Origin: an uncultured Rhodospirillales bacterium
GTDB taxonomy: Bacteria > Pseudomonadota > Alphaproteobacteria > Azospirillales > Azospirillaceae
NCBI GenBank assembly: GCA_903856295.1
Contig: CAIOBP010000097.1
Location: 540 to 64,539 of the forward strand
Direction of reading: 5' to 3'
Length of the DNA: 64,000 nt
The stretch's first letter is position 1. Every line of letters starts with the position of its first letter. Below the pieces are notes generated by a model. That model was not told where the DNA came from. It ran no database searches and saw only the letters and a list, made by a program, of their open reading frames with translations. The position numbers were made by a program, and so were the translations under genes. Positions 34,489 to 45,516 of this stretch are shown here, in pieces.

Positions 34489-35919
34489 ATGACCTCACGC
34501 CGCCTGAAACCCTACCGACGCCTGATCTGGCCCGCCGCGCTCTGGCTGCTGGCGACGCTGCTGCCCGCGTCTTCAGTTTTGACCGAGCCGCAAGGCTCCT
34601 GGTTTGGCCATGCCGGCGCCCATGAGACCATGCAGGAGCTGCTGGCGACCCTGGCTTGGCTGTCGGCCGCCTGGTTCTGCGCCCGATTGTTCCGGGTGGT
34701 GGTCAGCGGCGGCGAGCGTCCGGTGCCGCGCCTGCTCAGCGACATGGTCGGCATTCTGCTGTTTGTCCTGGCCATCATCCTTGTGCTCGGCAGCGTGTTC
34801 CACCAGCCGGTCGAAGCGCTGGTCACCACCTCGAGCGTCGTGGTCGCGGTGCTCGGCTTCGCCCTGCGCGAGCTGATCGGCGACATCTTCGCGGGCATCT
34901 GCATCAACATGGAGCGTCCCTACGCGCTCGGCGACTGGATCGAGATGCCGCCGCATCAGGGAGTCGGCAAGGTGGTGGAGATCAACTGGCGCGCCACCCG
35001 GCTGGTCACGCTCAACGGCACCACCGTGGTCATGCCCAACGGCATGATGGCCCGCAACCGCTTCATCAATTACAGCACGCCCCGGCGCTCGTTCCGCATC
35101 CAGATTCCGGTGGTGCTGGGCTTCGATGTCGCGATTCCGCGCGCCTCGAAGCTCCTGTGCGCCGCCATGCGCAAGTCGCCGCAGGTGCTGCCCCATCCCC
35201 AGCCCGACGTGATCGTCGACGGGTTCGCCGAAACCGGCGTCCGTTATATGCTGCGGCTGTGGGTGGCGGATTACGAGCCGATGCACATGGTGCGCAACAC
35301 GGTTCTGAGCAACGTCCACAACCACCTGCGACTCGGCGGCATCGTCCAGCACCACGCCCGGCACGACCTGACGCTGGCCCGGGCGGCGGGATCGCCGTTC
35401 GACCAGATCGGGCCGGCCGAGGAGCTTGACGGCCGGCGGGTCGGCGTGCTGCGGCAGGTCACCCTGTTCCGGGCGCTCACCACCGGCGATCTTGAGGAGT
35501 TGGCCCAGGCTCTCGACGTCCGGCAAGTCGGAGCCGAGACGGTGGTGGTCGAGGCCGGCGCGTCCGGGCGTTCGCTGTTCGTGATCGTCGAGGGCTTGCT
35601 CGAAGTGCGCGACGCCTCGGGGGTGCTGGCGACCCTGGGGGCCGGCGACGTCTTCGGCGAAATGTCGCTGCTGACCGGCGCGCCGCGCAGCGCCACCGTC
35701 GCCGCCGCCACCGACGCCGTGCTGTTCGAGATTTCCGACCACCACATCCGGCCGATCCTGCAACGCCGGCCGTCACTGGCCGATGAATTGGGCAGCATTA
35801 TCGGTCAGCGCCAGAACGCGAACCGCAAGCGCGTCGAAGACGACGTGGAAACCGGCCAGGACGCCCATGGCTCCCACCTGCTCGACCGGATTCGAGACTT
35901 CTTCGGGCTGGTCCGGTAG
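34489..35919 (+). CDS. MscS-family mechanosensitive channel with C-terminal cyclic-nucleotide-binding domain
   Basis: MscS core GDIFAGICINMERPYALGDWIEM. cNMP domain VVVEAGASGRSLFVIVEGLLEV ... GDVFGEMSLLTGAPRSATV. Confidence 0.8.
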   Translation: MTSRRLKPYRRLIWPAALWLLATLLPASSVLTEPQGSWFGHAGAHETMQELLATLAWLSAAWFCARLFRVVVSGGERPVPRLLSDMVGILLFVLAIILVLGSVFHQPVEALVTTSSVVVAVLGFALRELIGDIFAGICINMERPYALGDWIEMPPHQGVGKVVEINWRATRLVTLNGTTVVMPNGMMARNRFINYSTPRRSFRIQIPVVLGFDVAIPRASKLLCAAMRKSPQVLPHPQPDVIVDGFAETGVRYMLRLWVADYEPMHMVRNTVLSNVHNHLRLGGIVQHHARHDLTLARAAGSPFDQIGPAEELDGRRVGVLRQVTLFRALTTGDLEELAQALDVRQVGAETVVVEAGASGRSLFVIVEGLLEVRDASGVLATLGAGDVFGEMSLLTGAPRSATVAAATDAVLFEISDHHIRPILQRRPSLADELGSIIGQRQNANRKRVEDDVETGQDAHGSHLLDRIRDFFGLVR

Positions 35920-35975
35920 GTTTCGGATAACGACCGCCACCCTCGCCCGAAACGGCGGGAGGGGTCGTCTCCGGC

Positions 35976-37460
35976 TCACTTCTTCCGGTATTTCACCGGC
36001 AGCAGGGCGTTAAGATAGTCCTTCAGGTCGTCTTCCAGGGAGACGAAGCGGAAGGAGATGGTGCTGCGCTGGGGCTGAATCGCGGTGGCGATCAAGGAAA
36101 CCCGGCACGGCCGGCTCACCGTTCCTTCGGCGGCGAGCACGACGGTGATGGTGTCGCCGCGCTTGGGCGCCGACACGCTCTCGGGCCAGTGCAGGCAGAC
36201 GCCGCCGAAGCTCCAGTCGAAGCATCTGAACGCCCCGGCCGCCGTCATCGCGCAAATCGCCGGGGTCGTGTGCCGGCGCATGCGCCGCCGCTCCCTGGGA
36301 CCGTGACCGCCCGCGCCCGGAGTCGAGCGCTTGACCGCGCCGAGATCGACGCCGCGCAGGGTGGTGCCCTGGATGATCGCGCCGCCGACATCGGCGTTGA
36401 GCATCACCGCCGCGACGAACGAGGCATTGGTCAGATCGGTGTCGTGGAGCAGCGCGCCCTCGAAATTGGCCGGCCATTTCCGGTCGCCGTCCAGGGGCAT
36501 GGCGTCGCAGCAGGCTCCGGCCATATACGCCCGGCCGAGATTGGCGCGGCGGAAGGTGGTGCCCCGGAACGAGCCGTCTTCCAGCACGCTCTCGCGCAGA
36601 TCGCAGTAGGACAGATCCGCCATGTTCATCTGCACGCCGGTCATGTTGACGCCCCTGAGGGTGCAGCGGCGCAAGCGCGCCCCGGAAAGATCGCGGCCCG
36701 AGAACGCCGCGCCGGTGATCCGCACCGCTTCCAGGTCCAGGCGCTTGCCCGAGCGGCCGCCGCTCTCGATCCAGCGCGCGTGGGCCTCGACGGCCGCGAG
36801 AATCTGGGCCGTGGACAGCGCGGCATGCTCCCGTTCCACCACCCCGCCCTTGGCGCTGGCCTGGGCCAGTTGCGCCGTCGACAGCCGCGACAACTCGACC
36901 ACCGTGCCGCCGAATTTGGCATTGTCGAAATTGACGCCATGGAGATCGGCGCCGATCAGCACGGCGTTGCTGAGGTCCGCGCCCTTGAAATCCGCCTCGG
37001 CGAGATCGGAGCCCGACATATCGCAACCGCTGAGGTTGGCCTCGCACATCACGGCGTGGTTGAGCTTGGCCTCGGTGAGGCGGGTGCCGCCCTCCTGGCC
37101 CGGCTGAAGCCGGCCGACCCGGAAATCGGCGCCGCGCAGGGTGCAATGGGACAGCGTCGCCTGATGCAGGTTGGCGCCCCGGAAGTCGGCGCCGGTCAGA
37201 TCGGCCGCTGTGAGGTCGGCGCCCTCGAGGTCGGCCCCGAAGAAGTCGGCGCCGGTCAGGTCGCTGCCGGTGAAGTTGGCCTTGGACAGATTGGCGCCGG
37301 TCAGCTTGCAGCCGCTCAGCTTCAGTTTTTTCAGCGGCAGCCCCGCGAGATTGCGGAAGGAGAAATCGGCGCGCCGGCCCCCGGTCTTGCGGACCCACTT
37401 GCCATGCAGCGCCAGTTCTTCCCTTATGGTGGCGATTTCTTCATCCGTTTGTTCGACCAT
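35976..37460 (-). CDS. pentapeptide-repeat protein with C-terminal PilZ domain
   Basis: Long A(D/N)LxG/F-type repeats (ANLSKANFTGSDLTGADFFGADLEGADLTAADLTGADFRGANL...). The C-terminus has the PilZ motifs RRRMR and DWSFGG. Start at MVEQTDEE (ATG 37460). Confidence 0.7.
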   Translation of the reverse strand: MVEQTDEEIATIREELALHGKWVRKTGGRRADFSFRNLAGLPLKKLKLSGCKLTGANLSKANFTGSDLTGADFFGADLEGADLTAADLTGADFRGANLHQATLSHCTLRGADFRVGRLQPGQEGGTRLTEAKLNHAVMCEANLSGCDMSGSDLAEADFKGADLSNAVLIGADLHGVNFDNAKFGGTVVELSRLSTAQLAQASAKGGVVEREHAALSTAQILAAVEAHARWIESGGRSGKRLDLEAVRITGAAFSGRDLSGARLRRCTLRGVNMTGVQMNMADLSYCDLRESVLEDGSFRGTTFRRANLGRAYMAGACCDAMPLDGDRKWPANFEGALLHDTDLTNASFVAAVMLNADVGGAIIQGTTLRGVDLGAVKRSTPGAGGHGPRERRRMRRHTTPAICAMTAAGAFRCFDWSFGGVCLHWPESVSAPKRGDTITVVLAAEGTVSRPCRVSLIATAIQPQRSTISFRFVSLEDDLKDYLNALLPVKYRKK

Positions 37461-37562
37461 GGGGGAGGAGTCCGGCAGCGCGGGCGCCGGTAGGCCGCCC
37501 GCGACGTTAACGACGGCCGAGTATATCGGCCTGAATCTTCCAATGCAAGCGAGGCAAACTCT

Positions 37563-38102
37563 ATGAAAATGCTCTACTTGCTGCGGCACGCCAAGTCGTC
37601 CTGGGAAAATCCCGGACTTGCCGACCGCGAAAGACCGCTGGCGCCGCGCGGCCGCAAGGCGGCGCGGGCGATCGGACGTCATCTTGCTTGCGTCGATGCC
37701 CGGCCGGAGCTTGTATTGTGCTCACCGGCCTTGCGCGCCATTCAGACGCTGGAGCGACTTCTTGCCGGCTTCGCAGGCGGCGTGGCTCCGGCGATCGAGG
37801 TTCGCGACGCGTTGTATCCGGGGTGCCGGGAGGCCCTGCTCAAGACGGTGAGGGCGTTGCCGGTGTCGGCCGAGCGGGTTTTGCTGATTTCCCACGATCC
37901 TGGCCTGCACGCGCTGGCGGTGCTGCTGGCCGCCGAGGGCGAACCCGCCCGGCTCGCCGCCCTGCGCGCGAAGTTTCCCACCGCCGCCCTGGCCGTGCTC
38001 ACTCTCGGCGATTGGGTCGAGGCCGGCGCCGGCACGGCGCGCCTCGAGGAGTTCGTGCGGCCACGCGGCGAGGAATTTGTGCGGCCGCGAGATTTGTCTT
38101 AG
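37563..38102 (+). CDS. histidine phosphatase family protein (SixA-like)
   Basis: LYLLRHAKSSW ... RPLAPRGRKAA ... ISHDPG. Confidence 0.75.
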   Translation: MKMLYLLRHAKSSWENPGLADRERPLAPRGRKAARAIGRHLACVDARPELVLCSPALRAIQTLERLLAGFAGGVAPAIEVRDALYPGCREALLKTVRALPVSAERVLLISHDPGLHALAVLLAAEGEPARLAALRAKFPTAALAVLTLGDWVEAGAGTARLEEFVRPRGEEFVRPRDLS

Positions 38103-38162
38103 TCCCGCAGGCGAGAATCGGCTATTCAGGCGCAGTTATGCCAACAGCGACGACCGAAAGGC

Positions 38163-39755
38163 TTGCCCGCCGTGGCCACCGAATCCGCATCGCTCCACGC
38201 CGCCGGGGTCACCGGCCGCGAGATCGAGCTGAAGCTCCATGCCGAACCGCAATATCTCCACCGGCTGGCCGAGCATCCGGCGCTGACCGCCGCAGCCATC
38301 GGCCCGGCGGTGGTGCGGCGCCAGACCACCACCTATTACGACACGCCCGACCTGAGGCTGGCGGCCCGGGGCGTCGCCCTGCGGGTCCGGGTCGAGGATG
38401 ACGGCCGGATCACCCAGGCGGTCAAGACCCTCAACTGCATGGCCGCCGGCGACACCGCCGCGGTGGCTATCCGGCGCGAGTGGGAATGGCCGCTGTCCGA
38501 GGACGAGCCCAATCTCGCCCTACTGAGCCGCGACGGGGTCGACCAGCTGGTGCCGCCCGACCTGCTGCCGCTGCTCGTGCCGCTGTTCGCCACCGAGATT
38601 CGCCGCACCGTGCTGGTGATCCGCCCCGACGCCCTGACCACCGTTGAAGCGGCGTTCGACATCGGCGTCGTCCGGGCCGGGGCCAAGCAAGTGCCGATCA
38701 GCGAGATCGAGCTGGAATTGCGCTGCGGCAAGGTCGGGCATTTGTTCGATCTCGCCCTGGAGCTGGCGGCCATCGTGCCCTTGCGCATCGCCGGGGAAAG
38801 CAAGGCCGAGGCCGGCTACCGGCTGGTCACCGGCAAGCCGCCGGCGCCCTTCCAGTCCGAGCCGGCGTCGCTGTCTCCCGCCACCTCTGCCGCCGAGGCG
38901 TTCCGCCACATCCTGCGCCACGGCCTGCGTCAGCTGCTGCACAACGAGGATTGCGCCCTGCTGGCGCTCGGCGAAACGCCGGGGGCCGCCGACCTGACCG
39001 CGGTGCGCAACATGCGCCACGCCCTGCGCCGGCTGCGCCATGGCATCATGCTGTTCAAGCCGGTGATCTCGGCTGCCGCCGCCGCGCGGGCCGAGGGATT
39101 TTCCGACCAGTGCCGCGCGCTCGGCCGGCGGCTCGGCCCGGCCAGCAACTGGTCGATCGTCGAGCCGGTCTTGCGGGTGGCCGGGGTCGAACTGCCGGCG
39201 GGGGTTCCGGCGCCCGGCACCGGCTGCGCCGCCGCCGCCGAGGCCAACGAGGTGGCGCGGGTGGCCATCCTCGCGCCCGAATTCACCGCCCTGGTGCTGA
39301 GCTGCGGCGGGTGGCTGGAGCAGGACCGCTGGTGCGAGGAAGCCGACGAGGCGCAGCGCCGCCTGCTCGACCAGCCGATCGCCGGGGTCGTCTCGCCCTG
39401 GCTGGAGGAGCTGCACAAAAAGCTGCGCAAAAACGGCTACGACAAGGGCGACGACGAGGAGTTGAAGCGCCTGCGCCGCCGTCTGCGCCGGCTGTTCGAT
39501 GCCGCCGACGGCTTCCGGGGCCTGTTCCCGCCCTCGCTGGCCCGGCCGTTCATGGCCGCGCTCGGGGCGCTGCGCGGCGTGCTCGACGAGGTTGACGATC
39601 TGCGTCAGACCCGCGATCTGCTGCGCGCCCCCGGCATCCGCGCCGACGCCACCCGCTCGGCCCAGCTGGAACGCCGGATCGCCGAGGGCCTGGCCCAGCT
39701 GCCCGAAGCCTGGAAGCGCTTCCGGCAGGTTGAACCGTTCTGGAAACGGAGCTGA
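38163..39755 (+). CDS. CYTH and CHAD domain-containing protein
   Basis: N-terminal ExExK (REIELKL) CYTH fold, then a helical His/Arg-rich CHAD region. TTG start as in the ORF track; start uncertain. Confidence 0.8.
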   Translation: MPAVATESASLHAAGVTGREIELKLHAEPQYLHRLAEHPALTAAAIGPAVVRRQTTTYYDTPDLRLAARGVALRVRVEDDGRITQAVKTLNCMAAGDTAAVAIRREWEWPLSEDEPNLALLSRDGVDQLVPPDLLPLLVPLFATEIRRTVLVIRPDALTTVEAAFDIGVVRAGAKQVPISEIELELRCGKVGHLFDLALELAAIVPLRIAGESKAEAGYRLVTGKPPAPFQSEPASLSPATSAAEAFRHILRHGLRQLLHNEDCALLALGETPGAADLTAVRNMRHALRRLRHGIMLFKPVISAAAAARAEGFSDQCRALGRRLGPASNWSIVEPVLRVAGVELPAGVPAPGTGCAAAAEANEVARVAILAPEFTALVLSCGGWLEQDRWCEEADEAQRRLLDQPIAGVVSPWLEELHKKLRKNGYDKGDDEELKRLRRRLRRLFDAADGFRGLFPPSLARPFMAALGALRGVLDEVDDLRQTRDLLRAPGIRADATRSAQLERRIAEGLAQLPEAWKRFRQVEPFWKRS

Positions 39756-39760
39756 CCGCC

Positions 39761-40369
39761 ATGATCATCGCCGCACCGCGCCGTTTTTCCGGCGACACCC
39801 TGGTAATCGCCAGCCACAATGCGGGCAAGGTCGGTGAAATCGCCGAACTGCTGCGCCCCTACGCCCGCACCTTCCGCTCGGCGGGTGACCTCGGCCTGCC
39901 CGAGCCCGAGGAAACCGGCCAGACCTTCGCCGCCAACGCCGAACTCAAGGCCCGCGCCATCGCCCTGGCCAGCGGCAGCGTCGCCCTCGCCGACGACAGC
40001 GGCCTCGCGGTGGCGGCCCTGGACGGACAGCCCGGCATCTATTCGGCGCGCTGGGGCGGTCCCGGCCGCGACTTCCTGCTGGCCATGACCCGGGTCAACG
40101 ACGAGTTGGGCGACAGCGCCGACCGCTCGGCCGCTTTCATCTGCGCGCTGGCGCTGGCTTGGCCCGACGGCCATTGCGAAACCGTCGTCGGCCGGGTCGC
40201 GGGGGCCCTGGTCTGGCCGCCGCGCGGCAGCAACGGCTTCGGCTACGATCCGATGTTCGTGCCCTGTGGTCACGACCAGACCTTCGGAGAACTGTCCGCC
40301 GCGACCAAGCACGCCCTCAGTCACCGCGCCGACGCCTTCCGTCAGCTGGTGGCGCGGTGCTTCGGGTGA
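39761..40369 (+). CDS. rdgB: non-canonical purine NTP pyrophosphatase (RdgB/HAM1)
   Basis: [42 protein letters not shown]. Confidence 0.9.
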   Translation: MIIAAPRRFSGDTLVIASHNAGKVGEIAELLRPYARTFRSAGDLGLPEPEETGQTFAANAELKARAIALASGSVALADDSGLAVAALDGQPGIYSARWGGPGRDFLLAMTRVNDELGDSADRSAAFICALALAWPDGHCETVVGRVAGALVWPPRGSNGFGYDPMFVPCGHDQTFGELSAATKHALSHRADAFRQLVARCFG

Positions 40370-40400
40370 GGTGACGCTGGTGGCGTCGCCTTAGGAGTCG

Positions 40401-41204
40401 TTAAACCCCCAGCGCTTCCAGAGTCCCGGCGTCGGCGACGCCGGTGTCGGGCAGCTCCTTGCTGGCCACCTGATACTTCCAGACCGCGAGCATGGTGCCG
40501 GAGCCGAAGCTGCCGTCGGCACCGACCTTGAGCGCCTTCTGCATCCCGGCGATCCGGGAGGTCTTGTCGCCCTTGTCGCCCTTGATCAGGGCGCCGGGCA
40601 GCTTGCCGACCTCGCGCATGCCGCGGGCATAGAGCGAGGCTTCGGCCAGCCGGCGGCCGGGCAGATTGCTGGCGGTGGGAATGCCATCGTTCCAGTAGAC
40701 CACCATCTTGGCGATTTCCAAAATGACGTTGGTCCAGTGATCGGGGCCGGCGGCGAGGGCGGCCTTGATGTTGGCCATCTCGCCGCGCTTGGTGCCGGTG
40801 GTGCTGCCGCCGCGATTGAACACCAGCGAGACCAGGGCGCCGAAGCTGTCGGCGGGCAGGGCGTCGGCGCCGGGAAACGCCTTGACGGTGGCGGCGATGA
40901 AGCGGGGCAAGGTGAAAGTGGTGAACACCGCCAGGGCGTCGGTTTCGGTGAGCGTGATGTCCGAGAGCGAGGCCGCCAGCGGCTTGGCCGCCTCGCCGGT
41001 GACGCCCTTGGTCTTGGCCAGCCGGGCGAAAGCGTCGGACGAGAGATACGGCTTCCAGGCCTCGAGCCCGGCCGGGTCGGCGCCGATATCGACGCCATAG
41101 CCGAGCGTGACGCCACTGGAGAAGCCCGGCCATTCCGGACGCAGCGAGCAGCCTTCGAAGCTTTTGATCAACGCGATGGCGTCGGGGGATAACGTGTCGG
41201 ACAT
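40401..41204 (-). CDS. lysozyme-like muramidase with C-terminal peptidoglycan-binding domain
   Basis: N-terminus AIALIKSFEGCSL...GVTLGYG (phage/pesticin-type lysozyme pattern). The C-terminus IAGMQKALKVGADGSFGSGTMLAVWKYQ is PG_binding_1-like. Confidence 0.65.
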   Translation of the reverse strand: MSDTLSPDAIALIKSFEGCSLRPEWPGFSSGVTLGYGVDIGADPAGLEAWKPYLSSDAFARLAKTKGVTGEAAKPLAASLSDITLTETDALAVFTTFTLPRFIAATVKAFPGADALPADSFGALVSLVFNRGGSTTGTKRGEMANIKAALAAGPDHWTNVILEIAKMVVYWNDGIPTASNLPGRRLAEASLYARGMREVGKLPGALIKGDKGDKTSRIAGMQKALKVGADGSFGSGTMLAVWKYQVASKELPDTGVADAGTLEALGV

Positions 41205-41326
41205 GGTGGCTCCTGATCAGTTCGAGCGTGAGCGATCAGAGGTAAATCTCCCTATGACCAGACGCAAGTCCGAAGAGTCGCCCAAACAGCAAATATTGAT
41301 AGGACACCATGCGCATGCATGCGGTA

Positions 41327-43540
41327 TCATCCCTCGCTCTCCAGCACCAACACCGCCAGAGGCGGCAGAGTGAGCACCAGCGACCAAGGGTTGTCGTGCC
41401 AGGGCACCGGTTCGGCCGTGACCCCTCCGGCATTGCCGATGTTGGCGCCGCCGTAGCAGGCCGAGTCGGTGTTGAGCCGTTCGGAGTAGAAGCCGGGGCC
41501 GGGCACGCCGAGACGGTAGCCCTCGCGCGGGGTCGGGGTGAAGTTGCCGACGCAGACCAGGGTTTTGCCCTGGTTTTCCGGCGAGCGGCGCAGGAAGGCG
41601 AGCACGCTGTTGGTGCTGTCGTTGGCTTCCAGCCAGCGGAAACCGGCGGGGTCGCAATCACCCCGGTGCAGTGCCGGCTGTTCGCGGTACAGATGGTTGA
41701 GATCGCGCACCAGATCGCGGATGCCCTGGTGCTCGGGCTGGGCCAGCAGATGCCAGTCCAGGCTGGTGTTGTGATTCCACTCGCCGGGCTGACCGAATTC
41801 GCAGCCCATGAACAGCAGCTTCTTGCCGGGATGGCAGAACATGTAGCCGAGGAAGGCGCGCAGATTGGCGAACTTCTGCCACGCGTCTCCGGGCATGCGG
41901 CCGAGCAGCGAGCCCTTGCCGTGAACCACCTCGTCGTGGCTGATCGGCAGCAGGAAGTTTTCCGAATACTGGTAGAGCAGGGCGAAGGTCAGGTCGTTGT
42001 GGTGCCAGGCGCGGAACAGCGGATCGCGGGCGAAATAGGCCAGGGAGTCGTGCATCCAGCCCATGTTCCACTTGAAACCGAAGCCGAGCCCGCCGAGCCA
42101 GACCGGCCGCGAGACCCCGGGCCAAGCGGTGGATTCCTCGGCCACGGTCATGATGCCGGGATGGCGGGAATAGGCCAGCTCGTTGAAGCGCCTGAGGAAA
42201 TCGATCGCTTCCAGATTCTCCTTGCCACCGTAGCGGTTGGGAATCCATGCACCGTCCTGGCGGCTGTAGTCGAGATAGAGCATCGAGGCCACGGCATCGA
42301 CGCGCACGCCGTCGAGATGGTAGTGGTCGAGCCAGAACAGCGCCGAGCCGAGCAGGAAATTCGCGACCTCGCGCCGGCCGAAATTATAGACCAGGGTGTT
42401 CCAGTCGGGCTGATAGCCCTGGCGCGGGTCGGCGTGTTCGTACAGGTGCGTGCCGTCGAAGCCGCCCAGGCCGTGGGGGTCGGTGGGAAAGTGCCCCGGC
42501 ACCCAGTCGAGCAGCACGCCGATGCCGGCCCGGTGGCAGCTATCGACGAAGTGGCGGAAATCGTCGGGCGAGCCGTGACGGCTGGTCGGGGCATAGAGCC
42601 CGATCGGCTGATAGCCCCAGGAGCCGTCGAAGGGAAACTCGGTGATCGGCAACAGCTCGATGTGGCTGAAGCCCATCTCCACCACATAAGGCACCAGCCG
42701 CTCGGCCAGTTCGCGGTAGGTCAGGTAACGGCCGCCCTCCTCGGGCACCCGCTGCCACGAGCCGAGATGGACCTCGTAGATCGAGATCGGCGCCTTGTGG
42801 CCGTTGGCCTCGGCGCGCCGGGTCATCCAGTCGCCGTCGCGCCAGCGGTGCAGTTCGGGCGGCGCCACCACCGAGGCGGTGCGCGGCGGATGCTCGGCGG
42901 CGCGGGCGCAGGGGTCGGCCTTGAGCGGCAGCAGCGCCCCCGACGCGGCCTTGATCTCGAATTTGTAGCGCGAGCCCGCCCCGACTCCGGGCACGAACAA
43001 TTCCCAGACCCCGCAGCCGTGCCGCTTGCGCATCGGCAGGCGCCGGCCGTCCCATTCGCAGAAATCGCCGACGACGCTGACCCGGCGGGCATTGGGCGCC
43101 CAGACCGCGAAGGCGGTGCCCCGGATGCCCGCGATCTCGCGGACATGGGCGCCGAGCCGTTCGTAGGCTTCGAGATGGCTGCCCTCGGCGAGCAAATGGA
43201 CGTCCAACTCGCCCAGCACCGGCGGAAAGCGGTAGGTGTCCTCGAACTCGTGGCAGGCGCCGCTCTCGAAATTCGCCCACAGCCGGTAGGCGAAGGGCTC
43301 GAAGCGGCCGGGAACCTCGCCCTCGAACACGCCCTCGGGATGGATGCGCTCCAGCGTCGCGACAATCGCGCCCTTGTCGACCACCTTGACCTCGCGGGCG
43401 TGGGGCAGAAACGCCCGGATCACCAGCGGCCGGCCGGACTCCTGACGGTGCGGGCCGAGCAGCGCGAAGGGGTCGCCATGTTCGGCGCGCACCAGAGCCT
43501 CGAGGGCGGCGGCCTGGGAGGAGGTGGGAGGCAAGGTCAT
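41327..43540 (-). CDS. glgB: 1,4-alpha-glucan branching enzyme
   Basis: 737 aa, GH13 motifs ([32 protein letters not shown]). Confidence 0.95.
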   Translation of the reverse strand: MTLPPTSSQAAALEALVRAEHGDPFALLGPHRQESGRPLVIRAFLPHAREVKVVDKGAIVATLERIHPEGVFEGEVPGRFEPFAYRLWANFESGACHEFEDTYRFPPVLGELDVHLLAEGSHLEAYERLGAHVREIAGIRGTAFAVWAPNARRVSVVGDFCEWDGRRLPMRKRHGCGVWELFVPGVGAGSRYKFEIKAASGALLPLKADPCARAAEHPPRTASVVAPPELHRWRDGDWMTRRAEANGHKAPISIYEVHLGSWQRVPEEGGRYLTYRELAERLVPYVVEMGFSHIELLPITEFPFDGSWGYQPIGLYAPTSRHGSPDDFRHFVDSCHRAGIGVLLDWVPGHFPTDPHGLGGFDGTHLYEHADPRQGYQPDWNTLVYNFGRREVANFLLGSALFWLDHYHLDGVRVDAVASMLYLDYSRQDGAWIPNRYGGKENLEAIDFLRRFNELAYSRHPGIMTVAEESTAWPGVSRPVWLGGLGFGFKWNMGWMHDSLAYFARDPLFRAWHHNDLTFALLYQYSENFLLPISHDEVVHGKGSLLGRMPGDAWQKFANLRAFLGYMFCHPGKKLLFMGCEFGQPGEWNHNTSLDWHLLAQPEHQGIRDLVRDLNHLYREQPALHRGDCDPAGFRWLEANDSTNSVLAFLRRSPENQGKTLVCVGNFTPTPREGYRLGVPGPGFYSERLNTDSACYGGANIGNAGGVTAEPVPWHDNPWSLVLTLPPLAVLVLESEG

Positions 43541-43724
43541 GGCGGGCTCTCGGAGCAGGAGACGGGTGAGGCTGACTTGCAGGATACATCGATATCGCGC
43601 CCGCGCACCATCGGCAACGGTGTTTGGCTATTTATTGATGGTGCCGGGTTTCATAATCTTTTCACGAGGCGGTCTTGACCCAACCTTGTTACTATAGGGG
43701 AGCGTACGGAGGGGAGGCGCGCAA

Positions 43725-44714
43725 GTGGACGCCCTGATCTTGCTCAAGATAACCGTGGCGGCGATTGCCTCGGGGGCGCTGTTCGCGGCGCTCGGCGTCG
43801 TGGCGCCGCCGCGTCCGCCCGAAGCCTTCACGATCCAGCTGTCCGACTGGCCCGGGGACCAGCTGTTCGCGCTGATCGAGCCGTTGGGGCTGGCGCCCGA
43901 GGCGCAGCACGTGCATCTCGAGATCCGGCGGTCGGTGACGGCGGCGGATGATCCGATCAAGGCCTTCCGTAGCGGGCTGGCCGACGCGGTGCTGATCGGC
44001 CTGGAGCGCCTGCCCGAACTGCTCTCCGACGAAATCCGGCTGATTTACGTCTATGACGAGGTGGTTGGCGGCGGGGCGCTGGTCGCGGCGCCCGGTGTGA
44101 TGCGGGCCGGCGACATCGGCTCCCGCCCGGTCGGCATCACGTTCGGCGGCGCCGGCAATCCCCTGGTCGCCACCCTGCTGAGCCGCGCCGGTCTTGACGC
44201 CGGCTCGGCACCGCTGGTGACCCTGGCGCCCGAGGCGGCCGAGGCGGCGTTGCGGGCCGGGCAGGTGGCGGCGGTGGCGGTGCTCTCGCCCGAGCGGGCG
44301 CGGAGTCTGAGCGCGGCGCTGAACAGCCCGGTGCTGGCGTCGACCGAAGACTTCGCCGGGCTTTCGAGCCATGTCCTGGTGGTCAAGGAGGGACGGATTC
44401 CCGACCGGCGCGAGGCGCTGGTGATGGTGCTGCGCGCGCTGTCCCAAACGGCGCACAGCTGCCGGGCCGGCAGGGATCACTGCATGGAGCTGCTGGCTTC
44501 GGCCACCGGCCGCCCGGCCGTCGAGTGGCGCCGCGACTTCGAGGCGCTGCACCTGCTCGAGGCCGCCGACAACGCCACCCTGCTGGGCGGCGGCAACGAG
44601 GCGCCGCTGGCCCGCAGGCTCTCCGCTTTGCCGGGGGCGGCTAGTGCCCCGGTCCCGCGGCCGGCCATGGAGTGGCTCGATCCATCGCTCGCGGCGGAAG
44701 CGGCGCGGCCATGA
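43725..44714 (+). CDS. hypothetical membrane-anchored protein, possibly SsuA/NMT1-like binding fold
   Basis: GTG start, N-terminal TM, alternating alpha/beta-like sequence. Assignment is weak. Confidence 0.4.
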   Translation: MDALILLKITVAAIASGALFAALGVVAPPRPPEAFTIQLSDWPGDQLFALIEPLGLAPEAQHVHLEIRRSVTAADDPIKAFRSGLADAVLIGLERLPELLSDEIRLIYVYDEVVGGGALVAAPGVMRAGDIGSRPVGITFGGAGNPLVATLLSRAGLDAGSAPLVTLAPEAAEAALRAGQVAAVAVLSPERARSLSAALNSPVLASTEDFAGLSSHVLVVKEGRIPDRREALVMVLRALSQTAHSCRAGRDHCMELLASATGRPAVEWRRDFEALHLLEAADNATLLGGGNEAPLARRLSALPGAASAPVPRPAMEWLDPSLAAEAARP

Positions 44715-45150
44715 GCCGCCGCCTCGTCACGTGCTGATCCTGTGACTTCGGCGGCTTGAGCCAGCGCGTCATCAGGGACGCCGAAGCCCGGCACAGATTG
44801 CCGGCGATTTCCCGCGCCCGGCCCAGCTGGTTCCGCTTGACCACGAAGATCTCCGAGGTTCCCCTGTCGGTGGCGATCATGAACACGTACCGCCAGACAT
44901 AGCGCGTCCAGGCATGGGGAAAGGTCTGGGAGACCGCGACGACGCAGCGGGGATGGTCGTGGGCGCTCCGCTGTAAAGCGGTCCTGAGGGTGTCGAGGCG
45001 CGAGTGCTTGCGAGCCAGGCCAATGGCTTCGAATTTTACCGGACAGCGGGCGCAATTATATTCGCACTTGATGCTGAAATGATTGACCCAGAACAGCTGC
45101 GCCACGGCTTCCCGGCCATTTGCCAATTGTGTCCCGGCCTCTGAATCCAT
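44641..45150 (-). CDS. hypothetical protein (possible C-terminal HTH)
   Basis: 169 aa. The 5' half is lower in GC. GRAREIAGNLCRASASLMTRWL looks HTH-like. No family recognised. The 3' end overlaps the convergent gene by 74 nt. Confidence 0.4.
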   Translation of the reverse strand: MDSEAGTQLANGREAVAQLFWVNHFSIKCEYNCARCPVKFEAIGLARKHSRLDTLRTALQRSAHDHPRCVVAVSQTFPHAWTRYVWRYVFMIATDRGTSEIFVVKRNQLGRAREIAGNLCRASASLMTRWLKPPKSQDQHVTRRRLMAAPLPPRAMDRATPWPAAGPGH

Positions 45151-45516
45151 GGCTGCCTCCCTATGGTCGCAGTCGTGATTTTTCCGCGTTAACTAACGGA
45201 ATGAGGCAATTGTAATCTGGCGGAAAGCCAAGCCTCATGGGGTGCGTATTGTGGAGTATGCAATAAATATTGGCTGTGCGCAACCAAATTAGTAGGTAAT
45301 ACTACATAATTAATCAAATTTTAGGTAATTAGGTCTTGGCGCGTTAATGATATTGTTGATAAATAATGGTTAACGCCATTTTTCTCTGCGGCGACGCACA
45401 ATAACCAGCATATCTGCTCGAGTGTCCGGCTTTTCAAAAGCCCACAGATTAACGCTCCCAAAGGACTGCGTCCCTTGGAACCCCTTGGGGCCGTGCGCCC
45501 CGGACCCCAGGAGTTT

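Noticed and set aside
41309-43678. 789-aa plus-strand ORF antisense to glgB
   Set aside because: A shadow ORF; glgB on the minus strand has all the GH13 motifs.
43541-43724. TTGACC ... TATAGG resembling a sigma-70 promoter in the glgB divergent region
   Set aside because: The spacer between the two hexamers is only 12 nt (17 +/- 1 is expected), so it is not a credible -35/-10 pair.
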